DNA from: Myxococcales bacterium
GTDB lineage: Bacteria; Myxococcota_A; Polyangia; Haliangiales; Haliangiaceae
Direction of reading: 5' to 3'
Assembly: GCA_011526095.1 (NCBI GenBank)
Contig: WYBA01000414.1
Span: forward strand, 10,622 to 74,621
Length of the DNA stretch: 64,000 bases
The notes under the pieces are model-generated. The model was given only the letters and a program-made list of their open reading frames with translations, had not been told where the DNA came from and did not search any database. The translations under genes and the position numbers were made by a program. Shown here piece by piece: positions 42,216 to 52,020 of the stretch. Each line of letters starts with the position of its first letter. The stretch's first letter is position 1.

Positions 42216-43708
42216 CACGAGTACTGGACGGTGTACGTGAACGTCTTCTTGCTGTTCGCGCCGAGCTTGACCCGGTACTCCTGGGTCTGCGTCGCGGCCT
42301 TGGTCCCGGTGACGTCCTCGGCCTCGATCCGCCAGTTGACCCAGCGGAACATGTACTCCTTGAGGATCACCTCGACGGGCTCCTTGCCCTTGTTCTCGAC
42401 CTTGACCTCGACCTTCTCGCGCAGCGTCCGCGCGCGGTCGTCGTACTTGCACTCGACCTGACGACGCTCGCCGAACACCGCCTCGTCGGTGCCGAGCCGC
42501 AGCCGCGCGGCGCCGGTCGAGGCGTTGACCTTGAGGTTGTCCTCGCCGAGCAGCTCGACGCCGTCGCCCTTCTTCTTGAACACGCGGATCTTGCCCTCGG
42601 GCAGCACCGAGCCCTTGGTCGGGGTGTCGACCTCGAGCGCCAGCTCGCCGCGCGCCGTGTTGGGCTGGACGTACGTGTAGCAGTCCTGGTTGGGCTGGTA
42701 CTGCCACTGCGGCGACTGGTCGAGCGTGGTCTCGTAGACGACGACGCGGCGCGACGCCATGCCGGTGCGCGCCGGCATCAGCTCGACCTGCACCGTCCCG
42801 CTCGCGGCGACCGTGACCTCGCGCGGCACCGTGAACGACACCGGCGGCGCCGACGGCGCGCGCTGGACGTAGCCGTAGCCGTACTGCGGCGGCGGCTGGG
42901 CCTGCGCCTGATCGAGGATGCCGGTGGTCAGCACCAGCTCCGCGTGCTTGAACTCGACGCCGGTGTCGTTGTGGATCGTCGCCCACGCCGACAGGTCGAT
43001 CGCGCTCTTGGTCTCGTCGAGCGTCGCGGTGTAGTCCGCGTCCCACCGCAGGCCGGCGGTCCGGTACGACACCTCGACCTCCTGCTTGCCCGGCTTCTTG
43101 CTGACCACCTTCCAGATCAGCGTCGGCTCGGTCGCGAGCTGCTGGTCGCCGGCGGCGAGCTTGATGTCGAGCAGGCTCGGGCCGCGGCGGACGATCTCGA
43201 CCGCGCGCGCGTTGCCCGAGCCGGTCTCGATCACCAGCGCCTCGCTGTCGACGGCGCGCAGCGTGCCCGTGATGTCGCCGCGCGACGTCGTCACCGTGAT
43301 CTGCTTGTTGATGTAGCGCTTGAGCAGCTTCTCGGGCGAGCCGAGATCGTAGGCGTAGCGCTGCTCGACGACGGTGGTCCCCTTCGGATCGGTGACGCTG
43401 CGGAACTGGACGGTCGACGGATCGATCTGGCTCGACACGCCGGGGAACCGCAGCTCGCCCTCGGCCGCGACCTCGACGTCCCGGCGCTGCGCGACGAACG
43501 CGCCGTCGGTGGCGGCGCCGCCGTAGCCGTAGCCGCCATAGGGGTAGCCGTAGCCGTACGGGTTCGGCGGCGCCGCGGGCGCGCGCCAGATCGTGACGGT
43601 GGTGTGACGGTCCTTCGCGCTCGCCGCGCCGTCGGCGGCGGCGCCGCCGTGCGAGGCCATCGCGAGCACGGCCGCGCCCCCCAGGCAGACCAAGGAAGAG
43701 GTTCGCAT
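42212..43708 (-). CDS. DUF4139-like secreted protein with Tyr/Gly-rich N-terminal tract (498 aa)
   Basis: Trimmed from ORF 42212..47401 to ATG 43706-43708. Signal peptide SSLVCLGGAAVLAMA. PNPYGYGYPYGGYGYGG tract. Beta-rich body. Confidence 0.65.
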   Translation of the reverse strand: MRTSSLVCLGGAAVLAMASHGGAAADGAASAKDRHTTVTIWRAPAAPPNPYGYGYPYGGYGYGGAATDGAFVAQRRDVEVAAEGELRFPGVSSQIDPSTVQFRSVTDPKGTTVVEQRYAYDLGSPEKLLKRYINKQITVTTSRGDITGTLRAVDSEALVIETGSGNARAVEIVRRGPSLLDIKLAAGDQQLATEPTLIWKVVSKKPGKQEVEVSYRTAGLRWDADYTATLDETKSAIDLSAWATIHNDTGVEFKHAELVLTTGILDQAQAQPPPQYGYGYVQRAPSAPPVSFTVPREVTVAASGTVQVELMPARTGMASRRVVVYETTLDQSPQWQYQPNQDCYTYVQPNTARGELALEVDTPTKGSVLPEGKIRVFKKKGDGVELLGEDNLKVNASTGAARLRLGTDEAVFGERRQVECKYDDRARTLREKVEVKVENKGKEPVEVILKEYMFRWVNWRIEAEDVTGTKAATQTQEYRVKLGANSKKTFTYTVQYSW

Positions 43709-43716
43709 CGCGGCGG

Positions 43717-43722
43717 AGCATA
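43717..43722 (-). promoter_or_regulatory. -10-like TATGCT 8 nt upstream of ATG 43708 (minus strand)
   Basis: Minus strand reads gcgTTATGCTccgccgcgATG. Confidence 0.3.
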
Positions 43723-43788
43723 ACGCGCACGCCGGTGCGGCGCCTGCCAGATGTGGCCCGAGGTGGCCAACTGTCGCGAGGGGGGCGT

Positions 43789-43794
43789 TATAGT
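43789..43794 (+). promoter_or_regulatory. -10-like TATAGT 7 nt upstream of ATG 43802
   Basis: Sequence ggcgtTATAGTgccgggcATG. No SD. Confidence 0.35.
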
Positions 43795-43801
43795 GCCGGG
43801 C

Positions 43802-46800
43802 ATGGCGCACCTCCGCGGCCTCGCCCCGTACGCCGACGCCGAGCGCGACCAGCTGATCGGTCGCGACCGCGATCGCGACGAGATCGTGAAGCTGATCACG
43901 GCGGACGGGGCCCGCGCGGGCCTGGTGTTCGGCGAGCCGGGCGTGGGCAAGACGTCGCTGCTCCACGCCGGCGTGCTGCCGGCGCTGCGCGAGCGCGGCG
44001 CGATCGTCCTGGTCTGCCACGACCCATCGTCGCCGGACCGCGCGTTCGCCGAGGCGCTGGCGCAGCTCGTCGGGACCGCGCCCAACCCGGGCGAGCACCC
44101 GCTCGGGTTCGTCGGCCGGATCGTCCAGGCCGCGCCCGCCAACCGCCAGTTCATCTTCGTGCTCGACGACGCCGACCTGGCGCTCGCCGCCGGCGGCGAG
44201 CAGGTCGCGGCCGAGCTCGCCGACCTGTTCTCGCGCGTCGTGATCCGCTCGGGCAGCCGCGCCCGCGTGCTGCTGGTCGCGGCGTCGAGCCGCGTCCACG
44301 CGCTCGGCCAGCTCGAGAAGCGCACCGGCTCGCTGTTCCCGCCGTCGTCGCGCCACGAGGTCGGCCGGCTCGGCCCGGCCGACGCGGCGATCGTCCTCGA
44401 GCGCGCGCTCGGCCTCGGCGGCGGGCTCGCCGACCGCGAGCTGATCGACACGGTCGTCGGCGGCCTCGGCCGCGGCGACGCGGTGCTGCCGGCGGACCTG
44501 CAGCTCGCCGCGGTCGCGATGAGCGAGCTGCGGATCACCTCGACCGCCGCGCTGGTCAAGGCCGGCGGCCCGACGGAGCTGGCGGGCGCGTGGCTCGCGG
44601 CCGCGGCGCGCGCCACCGGCCACGAGCGCAACGCGCTGCGCGTCGTCGGCGAGCTCGCCGCGGCCGACGGCGGGCTGCGCACCGCGTCCCAGCTGGCGCA
44701 GCGCCTCGGGCTCGAGGCCGCGGTCGTGACCCAGGCGCTGGTCGTGCTCGACCAGCGCGGCGTCGTCGTCCAGCGCAGCGACGGCTCGGGCTGGGAGCTG
44801 CGCCACGAGCTGCTCGCGGCGCGCCTGCGCGAGCTGACCGCGCCGGTGCGCGCGGCGGCGCGGCGCAGCTACGAGCTGCTCGGGTCGAAGGCGGCGTCGC
44901 GCCAGCGCCTGAGCCTGCGCGAGCTGCGCGCGCTGCGCGCCGAGGGCGTCGGCCCGGTCAACGACGCCGAGCGCGCGGTGATCGCGCGCAGCCAGCGGTT
45001 CTACCTCGCGATCGCCGGCGCGATCGCCGCGGTGCCGATCGTCATCCTGATCGCGCTGTGGAGCGCCAACCGCGGCCGCTACTACTACGACCTCGAGCGC
45101 GGCCCCGGCGGCGACCGGATCGTCGTGCGCGCCGGCCGCGCCGGGCTGTCGAGCTTCCACTGGCTGCCGTCGAGCCCGGGGTTCGGTGACGTCGTCGCCG
45201 ACACCGGCCTCACCCGCGCGATGGTGGATCCGGCGGCGTGGCGGCGGATCGCCGCGCACGACGCCGGCGGCGACCTCGGCGGCTGGGCCGCGGCGCTCGA
45301 CCGCGTGCTCGAGCCGCGGCTCGCGGCGCTGTGGTCGTACGCCGCGTCCGGCGACGAGGCCGCGCTCGCGGCGCTCGAGAAGCTGTCGCGCGACCCCGAG
45401 GATCTCGCCGAGCTGCTGTCCTCGCTGCGACCGATCGCGCGCGGCGCGGCCAAGGAGGTCGAGCTGGTCGGCCAGGCGCTCGCCGTGCCGTCGCCCGCGG
45501 TGCAGCAGGCGGCGGTCGCGGTCGCGGGCGACGCCGCGCGCCGCGGCGCCGCCGCCTACGGCGACATCCTGGTGTCGGCGCTGATCTCCGCCGATCCCGA
45601 GCTGCGCCGGATCGCGCTCACCGCGGTGCGCGGCCTCGGCGACGCGCGGATGCGCGAGCTGATCGGCGCCGCGCTCGCCAAGGATCCGGGCCCTGGCCCG
45701 CGGCGCGAGCTGCTGCTGGCGATCTCGTCGGCGGCGAGCGACGACACGCCGTCGGCCGACACCGCGGTGTCGGTGCTCAAGGACGCGTCGGCGACGCCGG
45801 TGCTGCGGACGCGCGCGCGCGAGCAGCTGCGCCGCGCGTTCGCGCTCGACCGCGCCGCGGCGCTCGCCGCGACGATCCCGCTGCTCGCCGACGAGGCCTC
45901 GCCGGGCGAGGCGCGCGTGCTCGCGGCCGAGCTGCTGCGCGAGGCGGTCGAGGTCAAGCGCGACGATCTCGGCGGCGTCGCCGACGCCGCGCGCGCCGCG
46001 TTCGGCGCCAAGACCGACGCGGTGCGCGCCGCGGCCCTGCCGCTGTACACCGCGACCGACCCGTCGCGCGCCGCCGACGATCTCGCCGCGCTGATGGCGG
46101 GCAAGCCCGGCCGCGCGATGCGGATCTCGATCGCGACCGCGTGGGGCGAGCTGGCGCGGACCAAGCCCGAGGCCGCCGCCGCGCTCGACAAGCTGATCAA
46201 GGACAGCGACGCCGACGTCCGCGCCGCCGCCGCCGCCGCCTACGGGTACCTCGGCCGCCCCGCGCAGGACGTCCTGCACAAGATGGTCAAGAACGAGCGG
46301 TTCGACGTCGCGGTCGGCGCCGCCTACGGGCTGGCCGCCTCGGTCGAGGCCGGCGCCTCGGTCGGCGTCGCGATGGACGGCATCTTCCAGCTGTGGAAGC
46401 AGAAGGGCAAGCCGCGGCGCGAGGCCACGCGCGTGTTCGCGAAGATGGCGCGCTACAAGGCCGGCGCGGTGATCGACTACCTCACCTCGGCGTCGCGGAT
46501 GCAGGACGATCCGGGGCTGCACCCGATCGGCGTCGAGGGCCTGTGCAACGCGGCGAACGCGGGCAGCGCCGAGGCGCGGCGCAACCTCGCGCGCGTCACC
46601 GACAACCCGTCGACCGACGTCCGGCGCATGGTGATCCGGTGCGTCGCCGACGGCCCGGACCCGGCCAAGAACGGCACCGCGATCGCGACCAAGCTGGTGC
46701 GCGACAGCGACCCGGGGATCCGCGCCGACGCGGCGCGCGTGCTCGCGCTCGCCACGCGCGCGGGCAAGGTGTCGGGCAGCCTCGCCGACGCGCTGGTCGC

Positions 46801-47698
46801 GATGCTCGACGACCCCGATCGCGACGTCCGGCTGATCGCGATCCACGCGGTCGCCGGCCTCGGCGCCGCGGCGCCGAAGGCGACCGCCGCGGCGCTCACC
46901 CGCGCGTTCGAGCGCGGCGACGAGGGCGAGCGGCTCGCGCTGCTGCGCGCGTCGCGCGACATCGGCACCGGCGACCTCGTCCAGGTCGCGATCACCGACG
47001 GCGCCCCGGCGGTGCGGGTCGAGGCGGTCGACGTCGCGATCGCCACCGCGACCCGCGTCGGCGCGACGATCGCGACCGCGCTGGCCGACGCGGATCCGCA
47101 GGTGCGGCGGGCCGCGCTCGGCCGGATCGCGACGGACCGCGACAAGCTCGACGCCGCCGCGGTCGAGCGCGCGCTGGCGCTGGCGATCCGCGACCCGGAT
47201 CCGGAGCTGGCGCTGCTCGCGCTGACGACGCTCGCGCGCGTCGCCGAGAAGGACGCCGTCGTCGTTCGCCTGGGGCGGTCGCTGGCGTCGCGGATCGAGG
47301 CCGAGCGCAGCAAGGCCGCGGCCGCGGCGATCGGCCTGGTCGAGCGCGACGCGCCCGAGGCGGCCAAGCTGCTCGCGCCGCTGCTCGCGGACCCGTCGCA
47401 CGACGTGCGCGTCGCGATGCTGCCGTCGCTCGGCGCGGCGTGGGCCGCGACCAACTCGCCGGAGCAGCTCACCGCGCTGCTGCGCGGCAGCGAGGGCGAC
47501 GCGATGAAGCGGCTGGTCGCGACGACCGCGTTCGTCGTGCTGGCGCGGACCGAGAAGGGCCGCGACGCGGCGATCACCGCGCTCGAGTCGGTGACCAAGA
47601 AGGGGCCGCCGATGGCCAGGCGCGCGGCGACGCTCGGGCTCGGGCTGATCAACGCCAGCGCCGACGGGATCGGGTTCCTGCAGACGATCGTGCCGTGA
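43802..47698 (+). CDS. nSTAND-type P-loop NTPase + TM segment + long HEAT/PBS-lyase-like repeat array (1298 aa)
   Basis: LAPYADAERDQLIGRDRDRDEI followed by Walker A GEPGVGKTSLLHAGVLPAL and Walker B FIFVLDDAD. TM FYLAIAGAIAAVPIVILIALWSA. About 15 D.D..VR..A...LG repeats. Confidence 0.75.
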   Translation: MAHLRGLAPYADAERDQLIGRDRDRDEIVKLITADGARAGLVFGEPGVGKTSLLHAGVLPALRERGAIVLVCHDPSSPDRAFAEALAQLVGTAPNPGEHPLGFVGRIVQAAPANRQFIFVLDDADLALAAGGEQVAAELADLFSRVVIRSGSRARVLLVAASSRVHALGQLEKRTGSLFPPSSRHEVGRLGPADAAIVLERALGLGGGLADRELIDTVVGGLGRGDAVLPADLQLAAVAMSELRITSTAALVKAGGPTELAGAWLAAAARATGHERNALRVVGELAAADGGLRTASQLAQRLGLEAAVVTQALVVLDQRGVVVQRSDGSGWELRHELLAARLRELTAPVRAAARRSYELLGSKAASRQRLSLRELRALRAEGVGPVNDAERAVIARSQRFYLAIAGAIAAVPIVILIALWSANRGRYYYDLERGPGGDRIVVRAGRAGLSSFHWLPSSPGFGDVVADTGLTRAMVDPAAWRRIAAHDAGGDLGGWAAALDRVLEPRLAALWSYAASGDEAALAALEKLSRDPEDLAELLSSLRPIARGAAKEVELVGQALAVPSPAVQQAAVAVAGDAARRGAAAYGDILVSALISADPELRRIALTAVRGLGDARMRELIGAALAKDPGPGPRRELLLAISSAASDDTPSADTAVSVLKDASATPVLRTRAREQLRRAFALDRAAALAATIPLLADEASPGEARVLAAELLREAVEVKRDDLGGVADAARAAFGAKTDAVRAAALPLYTATDPSRAADDLAALMAGKPGRAMRISIATAWGELARTKPEAAAALDKLIKDSDADVRAAAAAAYGYLGRPAQDVLHKMVKNERFDVAVGAAYGLAASVEAGASVGVAMDGIFQLWKQKGKPRREATRVFAKMARYKAGAVIDYLTSASRMQDDPGLHPIGVEGLCNAANAGSAEARRNLARVTDNPSTDVRRMVIRCVADGPDPAKNGTAIATKLVRDSDPGIRADAARVLALATRAGKVSGSLADALVAMLDDPDRDVRLIAIHAVAGLGAAAPKATAAALTRAFERGDEGERLALLRASRDIGTGDLVQVAITDGAPAVRVEAVDVAIATATRVGATIATALADADPQVRRAALGRIATDRDKLDAAAVERALALAIRDPDPELALLALTTLARVAEKDAVVVRLGRSLASRIEAERSKAAAAAIGLVERDAPEAAKLLAPLLADPSHDVRVAMLPSLGAAWAATNSPEQLTALLRGSEGDAMKRLVATTAFVVLARTEKGRDAAITALESVTKKGPPMARRAATLGLGLINASADGIGFLQTIVP

Positions 47699-47713
47699 CG
47701 CGCGAAGGCGCGA

Positions 47714-48070
47714 TCACGGCTTGGTCTGGGTCACGACGACGCTCGTCGTGATCCCGCCGCGCACCCAGAACTTGCCGGTGACGGTGATCCGGCGGGGCGC
47801 GATCGCGGCGACCAGATCGTCGCAGATCTGGTTGGTCACGGCCTCGTGGAACGCGCCCTCGTCGCGGTAGCTCCACAGGTAGAGCTTGAGCGACTTGAGC
47901 TCGACGCACAGCGCGTCCGGCACGTACTCGATCAGGATCGTGGCGAAGTCCGGCTGCCCGGTGATCGGGCACAGGCACGTGAACTCCGGGCAATCGAAGT
48001 GGATCGCGTAGTCACGCCCCGGACGCGGGTTGGGGAACGTGTCGAGCTGCTTGCCAGGGCGCGTGGTCAT
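47714..48070 (-). CDS. queF: NADPH-dependent 7-cyano-7-deazaguanine (preQ0) reductase, unimodular type
   Basis: 118 aa. [23 protein letters not shown] (catalytic Cys) and the QueF motif [12 protein letters not shown]. Confidence 0.95.
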   Translation of the reverse strand: MTTRPGKQLDTFPNPRPGRDYAIHFDCPEFTCLCPITGQPDFATILIEYVPDALCVELKSLKLYLWSYRDEGAFHEAVTNQICDDLVAAIAPRRITVTGKFWVRGGITTSVVVTQTKP

Positions 48071-48093
48071 TGCACGGCGTGCTTACCAAACAC

Positions 48094-48122
48094 TTGGCCG
48101 AGCCGCTGCCATGCACTAGTAT
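48094..48122 (+). promoter_or_regulatory. sigma70-like promoter TTGGCC-17 nt-TAGTAT, divergent from queF
   Basis: Read directly. Spacing is exactly 17 nt. The predicted TSS is about 48129-48131. Confidence 0.4.
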
Positions 48123-48128
48123 GGAGTT

Positions 48129-48401
48129 GCGACGTTCGTCGCCGAGAACGCCACGCGATGGTCATTCCGAACACCGCGTCACTGGCGGGCTTCGAGTCGG
48201 GCCGCAGCGCCCATCACGAAGGCCCGGCCCCGGGATCCGCTGCGCTTGCTGGCGGGCCGTCGCCGGGCTCTGGCATAGCCAGGGGAGGAATGAACGACAT
48301 GAAACGTCCGAGTCAGAGCCATGAGGAGGGGCAGGTCTAAGTACCTCCTCGTAACCGTGAAACGGTAGCGGCCACCGGTGGAACCGGTGGCCGCTTTTTT
48401 T
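48129..48401 (+). ncRNA. candidate orphan small RNA (~270 nt), or carrier of a 13-16 aa micro-ORF
   Basis: Promoter-to-terminator unit with no credible protein ORF and GC lower than its flanks. Hairpins GCGAC-GUUC-GUCGC, CUGGC-AUA-GCCAG, GAGGAGG-14 nt-CCUCCUC, ACCG-UGAA-ACGGU, then the terminator. Family not recognised. Confidence 0.4.
48368..48401 (+). terminator. Rho-independent terminator
   Basis: GCGGCCACCGG-UGGAA-CCGGUGGCCGC followed by TTTTTTT. Confidence 0.85.
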
Positions 48402-48513
48402 CTGAGTCGGTTCTGAGTCGTGGCCGGGGCGTGGGCCGGCCGCGTCGGCGCCGGGAGGCGAAGGATCCAGCGGCGCCGCTCGCGTCGGCCAGCGATCGTC
48501 GGAGCCGACGCGA

Positions 48514-48954
48514 TCAGAACGTGAAGATCTGATCGGCGGTGGGCTGCGCCGGCGCGGGCGCGGCCTGCTCCTGCTTGGGCTTGATGATCGGCGGCGGCGG
48601 CTCGACGGCGAACCGGGCGGCGGCCGACGTCATCGGCGTCGGCGCGGCGGTCTTCACCGGGGCCGGCGCGGACGCGGGCGCGGGCGCGCGCGGCGCCGCC
48701 GGCGCGGCGGGGCGCGGCGCACTGGTGGTGGCGGCGGCGACCGGGGCCGGGCGCGGCGCGACGGGGCGCGGCGCGGGCGCGATGACGGGCGCGTCGCCCT
48801 CGGTCTCGCCCTCGCCCTCGCCGCCGAGGCTCTCCCCCACCCGCGCCTCGACGAACTGGCTCATCGAGATCCCGTTCGTCTCGCAGAAGGCCTTGAGGCG
48901 CTCGTACGTCGTCCGGCTGACGCTGATGCTGCGACGAGTCTGCTTCTTCGCCAT
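48514..48954 (-). CDS. ribbon-helix-helix (CopG/Arc-like) domain protein with long Pro/Ala-rich tail
   Basis: The start is taken at MAKKQTRRSISVSRTTYERLKAFCETNGISMSQFVEARV (AAGGA lies 6 nt upstream). The beta-strand/helix-helix pattern fits RHH. The tail is low complexity. Confidence 0.6.
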   Translation of the reverse strand: MAKKQTRRSISVSRTTYERLKAFCETNGISMSQFVEARVGESLGGEGEGETEGDAPVIAPAPRPVAPRPAPVAAATTSAPRPAAPAAPRAPAPASAPAPVKTAAPTPMTSAAARFAVEPPPPIIKPKQEQAAPAPAQPTADQIFTF

Positions 48955-49302
48955 GATCATTCCTTACGCTACGGGTAGGGTACCGTCAAGGCACGCCTAC
49001 TAGGGCTAGGGCTTCTCGAGGGTTCCCACAGCCAAGACGTCGAGGCGTCTCGCTGGTTTGCCTCCCGCCGTCTTCGACCTGGTGCCAGGCGTATCAGCCC
49101 CCTCTGACAGCGAGTGATCCCCAGGGGCCACCGCCCGGCGGATGACCGCTGGACGTCGCTCACCGTCGTCGTCGACGGCGACGAGGGTCACGCGCCCGGC
49201 GCGCCGACTCGTCATCGTTCCGATCGCGCGCGATCCAGTCTGCTACCATCGCCAGACGTCGCGACCCGCGACGCGTCGACGAAGGGGGACTGCCGACCGC
49301 TC

Positions 49303-50742
49303 ATGTGGGCCGCGATCCGACTACTGCGCGCGTCGCGCGTCTTCGGCACGATCTTCCTCAGCTACTTCTGGGCGCTGACGTGGTCGCGGCTGTGGCCGTC
49401 GCGCTGCGACACCAAGGAGCGGTGGTCGAAGCTGCACAAGCGCAACGCGCGCCGCATGTACAAGGGCTTCGTCCGGCTGCGCGGCGTCTACATCAAGCTC
49501 GGCCAGATCCTCAGCGTGATGGGCACGTTCCTGCCGCGCGCCTACGTCGAGGCGATGGAGGGCTTGCAGGACGACGTGCCGGGCCAGAGCTACGACAAGG
49601 TCGAGGCGTCGTTCAAGAAGGCGTTCGGCAAGCTGCCGACCGAGGCGTTCGCGACGTTCAGCCGCGAGCCGATCGCCGCCGCCTCGCTCGGCCAGGTCCA
49701 CGAGGCGACCGACGCCGACGGCACCAAGCTCGCGGTCAAGATCCTCTACGCCAACGTCGCGACGATCATCAAGGTCGACCTCCGCGTCCTCGGCTGGGCG
49801 CTCAAGCTCTACAAGTCGTTCGCGCCGATCCAGCAGATCGAGCGCGTCCACGAGCAGCTCGCCGACATGCTGTCGCGCGAGACCGACCTCGCCAACGAGG
49901 CGAAGTGCTGCGAGCGGATGGCGAAGAACTTCGCCGGCGACCCCGACGTGCTGTTCCCCAAGGTCCGCCACGAGTGGACGGCGCGCACCGTGCTGACGAT
50001 GTCGTTCATGGACGGCGTCAAGATCAGCAAGAAGGACGCGCTCGCCGAGCTCGGCCTCGACCCCTACGCCGTCGCCACCAAGCTGACGCAGATCTTCTAC
50101 AAGCAGCTGTTCGCCGACAAGTTCTTCCACGCCGACCCGCACCCGGGGAACTGGTTCGTCCAGCGCGGCCCCGACGGCCAGGTGCGGATCGTCGTGCTCG
50201 ACCTCGGCGCGGCGAGCGAGGTCACCGACAACCTCGCCGACGGCATGCTCGACATCCTGCAGGGCCTGATGACCCGCAACGACGACCTCGTCGTGCGCGG
50301 GATCGAGACGATGGGGTTCGTCGCGGAGAACGGTGACCGCGAGCTGCTCGAGCGCACCGTGCGCAAGTACTTCGAGAAGCTGCTCAACCTCAACATCACC
50401 GACTTCGGCAAGATCGACCCGAAGATGGCGCAGCAGCTCGCCGACGTGGAGGTGCGGCGCGACGAGCTGCGCGAGCTGATGAGCGCGATCGCGTACCCCG
50501 AGGGCTGGTTCTACGTCGAGCGCGCGGTGGTGATCATGTTCGGGCTGTCGGCGCAGCTCGCGCCCAAGCTCAACACGATCCACGTCGGGTTCCCGTACAT
50601 CATGAAGTTCCTGCAGGAGCGGATGGCGCAGCGCGCGGCGCGGGCCTCGTCCCCGCCGAGCACGGCCCCCGCCCCGCCCGCGCGCACGACCACCGCGCCG
50701 CCCGAGCCGGCGCCCGCCGCGGACGCCGCGTCGGGGACCTGA
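49303..50742 (+). CDS. ABC1/UbiB-family atypical kinase (479 aa)
   Basis: Trimmed to ATG 49303. IKLGQILS, AAASLGQVHEA, LAVKILYANV, HADPHPGNWFV, VVLDLGA. Confidence 0.85.
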   Translation: MWAAIRLLRASRVFGTIFLSYFWALTWSRLWPSRCDTKERWSKLHKRNARRMYKGFVRLRGVYIKLGQILSVMGTFLPRAYVEAMEGLQDDVPGQSYDKVEASFKKAFGKLPTEAFATFSREPIAAASLGQVHEATDADGTKLAVKILYANVATIIKVDLRVLGWALKLYKSFAPIQQIERVHEQLADMLSRETDLANEAKCCERMAKNFAGDPDVLFPKVRHEWTARTVLTMSFMDGVKISKKDALAELGLDPYAVATKLTQIFYKQLFADKFFHADPHPGNWFVQRGPDGQVRIVVLDLGAASEVTDNLADGMLDILQGLMTRNDDLVVRGIETMGFVAENGDRELLERTVRKYFEKLLNLNITDFGKIDPKMAQQLADVEVRRDELRELMSAIAYPEGWFYVERAVVIMFGLSAQLAPKLNTIHVGFPYIMKFLQERMAQRAARASSPPSTAPAPPARTTTAPPEPAPAADAASGT

Positions 50743-50751
50743 CGGACGCCG

Positions 50752-51240
50752 TCACACCGCGATCGCCGACGGGATCGGGTCGAGCGGCCGCGCCATGCGG
50801 ATCGCGCGCTGGCCGTTGGCGTACAGGCCGTGGTCGCCCTCGACCGGGCGGAACCCGCTCTTGTGGTACCAGCGCTGGCCGACGAGGTTGGTGTGCGCGA
50901 CCGTGAGCCGCAGGTCGGTGATGCCGTGCGCCGGCCCGACCGCCGAGACGACGGCGACGACGTGGCCGAGCAGCGCCGAGCCGATGCCGGCGCGCTGGTG
51001 GGCCGGCACGACGCCGATCGCGAGCAGGTCCGCGACGGTCCGGTGCAGCCCGTGATCGACGTAGAACGCGAGGACGGCGAAGCCGCGGCGCAAGCCGGCG
51101 TCGTCGTCGAGCCAGGCGAGCACGCCGGGCTGGACGAGCCACTGGGGCATGACCTGGCCGTAGTCCCCGAGGTCGCGATAGACCTCGGTCGCGAGCTGCG
51201 CGATCCACGGATGATCGGCCTCGGTGCCGCGACGGATCAC
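50752..51240 (-). CDS. GNAT-family N-acetyltransferase
   Basis: 162 aa. Motif A VVPAHQRAGIGSALL. C-terminal NLVGQRWYHKSGF. Confidence 0.85.
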   Translation of the reverse strand: MIRRGTEADHPWIAQLATEVYRDLGDYGQVMPQWLVQPGVLAWLDDDAGLRRGFAVLAFYVDHGLHRTVADLLAIGVVPAHQRAGIGSALLGHVVAVVSAVGPAHGITDLRLTVAHTNLVGQRWYHKSGFRPVEGDHGLYANGQRAIRMARPLDPIPSAIAV

Positions 51241-51343
51241 GCGGGCAGCATAGCGCGAAGCCGGGCTGGTCAGCCCGCTCCCCCACCCTCCCTCGTTGGT
51301 CGATCGCCGCCGATCGCCGCCAGGCGGCGCGAGCCTGCGGCCG

Positions 51344-51739
51344 CTACCCGGAGTGCCGCGACGCCTCGGCCGCGGCCGAGCCGGCGTCCTTGCGGGCGCT
51401 CGTGACCGGCGACACGGGCAGCGGCGCGGCGCGCTCCTGGCGCATCGCCTGCGACAGCACGGGCGTGGCGACCTCGACGCCCAGCGATGGCGGCGGCGGG
51501 GTCACCGTGGTGCCACCGCTGGCGAGCTCGCGCAGCGTGTAGCGACCGGGCGACGTGCGGATGAACTGCGACGCGTCGCCGCGCCGCTTGATGTCCATCG
51601 ACAGGTCGCGTGCGACGACCGTGTCCGGCGTCTTCGACTTGCTCGGCAGGCGACTACCCGCACGCTCCACGATCTCCTTCACAGACATCGGGACGCTGGT
51701 CTCGCGCAGGATCTCCTCGACCACGGCAAGCGTACTCAT
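51344..51739 (-). CDS. HARE-HTH (RNAP-delta-N-like winged helix) domain protein
   Basis: MSVKEIVERA...KTPDTVVARDLSMDIKRRGDASQFIRTSPGRYTLRE pattern. Strong GGGGGAGGAA RBS. Disordered tail. Confidence 0.6.
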   Translation of the reverse strand: MSTLAVVEEILRETSVPMSVKEIVERAGSRLPSKSKTPDTVVARDLSMDIKRRGDASQFIRTSPGRYTLRELASGGTTVTPPPPSLGVEVATPVLSQAMRQERAAPLPVSPVTSARKDAGSAAAEASRHSG

Positions 51740-52020
51740 CTTCGTCGTTCCTCCCCCGAGAAGGACGGGACCTTTTCCGAGCCAACGCTGGCGCGGCGTT
51801 GCGGCCCTTCCCCCGATTGGACCACGTGCTGGATGCTGACTACCGAAACCAGACTGCCGAAGCTACCGAACGAATCGGTGGCCATCCTAGCGCCGTCCCG
51901 ACCTGGAACCAGTCTTGACATCGACTTTTTTCTCGACGGCACGAGGCCACCGAACCGCGGTACATCTCCGGTTGAATTTTTCCGTGGACGTGGTTCGTCC
52001 GAGGCCGGTAAGGAGGCGCA

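Noticed and set aside
43709-47401. The upstream 1231 codons of the 1729-aa minus-strand ORF 42212..47401.
   Set aside because: It is antisense to the nSTAND-HEAT gene and has no protein-like features. The real gene starts at the signal-peptide Met (43708).
48071-48130. A preQ1 riboswitch upstream of queF.
   Set aside because: Only ~60 nt are available on the minus strand before the divergent promoter. I found no short hairpin followed by an A-rich ...AAAAAACUA... tail, nor the preQ1-II/III features. queF is also not a typical preQ1-riboswitch target.
48290-48340. Calling the 13-16 aa ORF (MNDMKRPSQSHEEGQV) as a confident CDS or RiPP/PqqA-like precursor.
   Set aside because: It has no resemblance to PqqA, MftA or other known precursor peptides and no modifying enzymes nearby. 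The first ATG is too close to the SD. It is kept only as an alternative reading within the sRNA finding.
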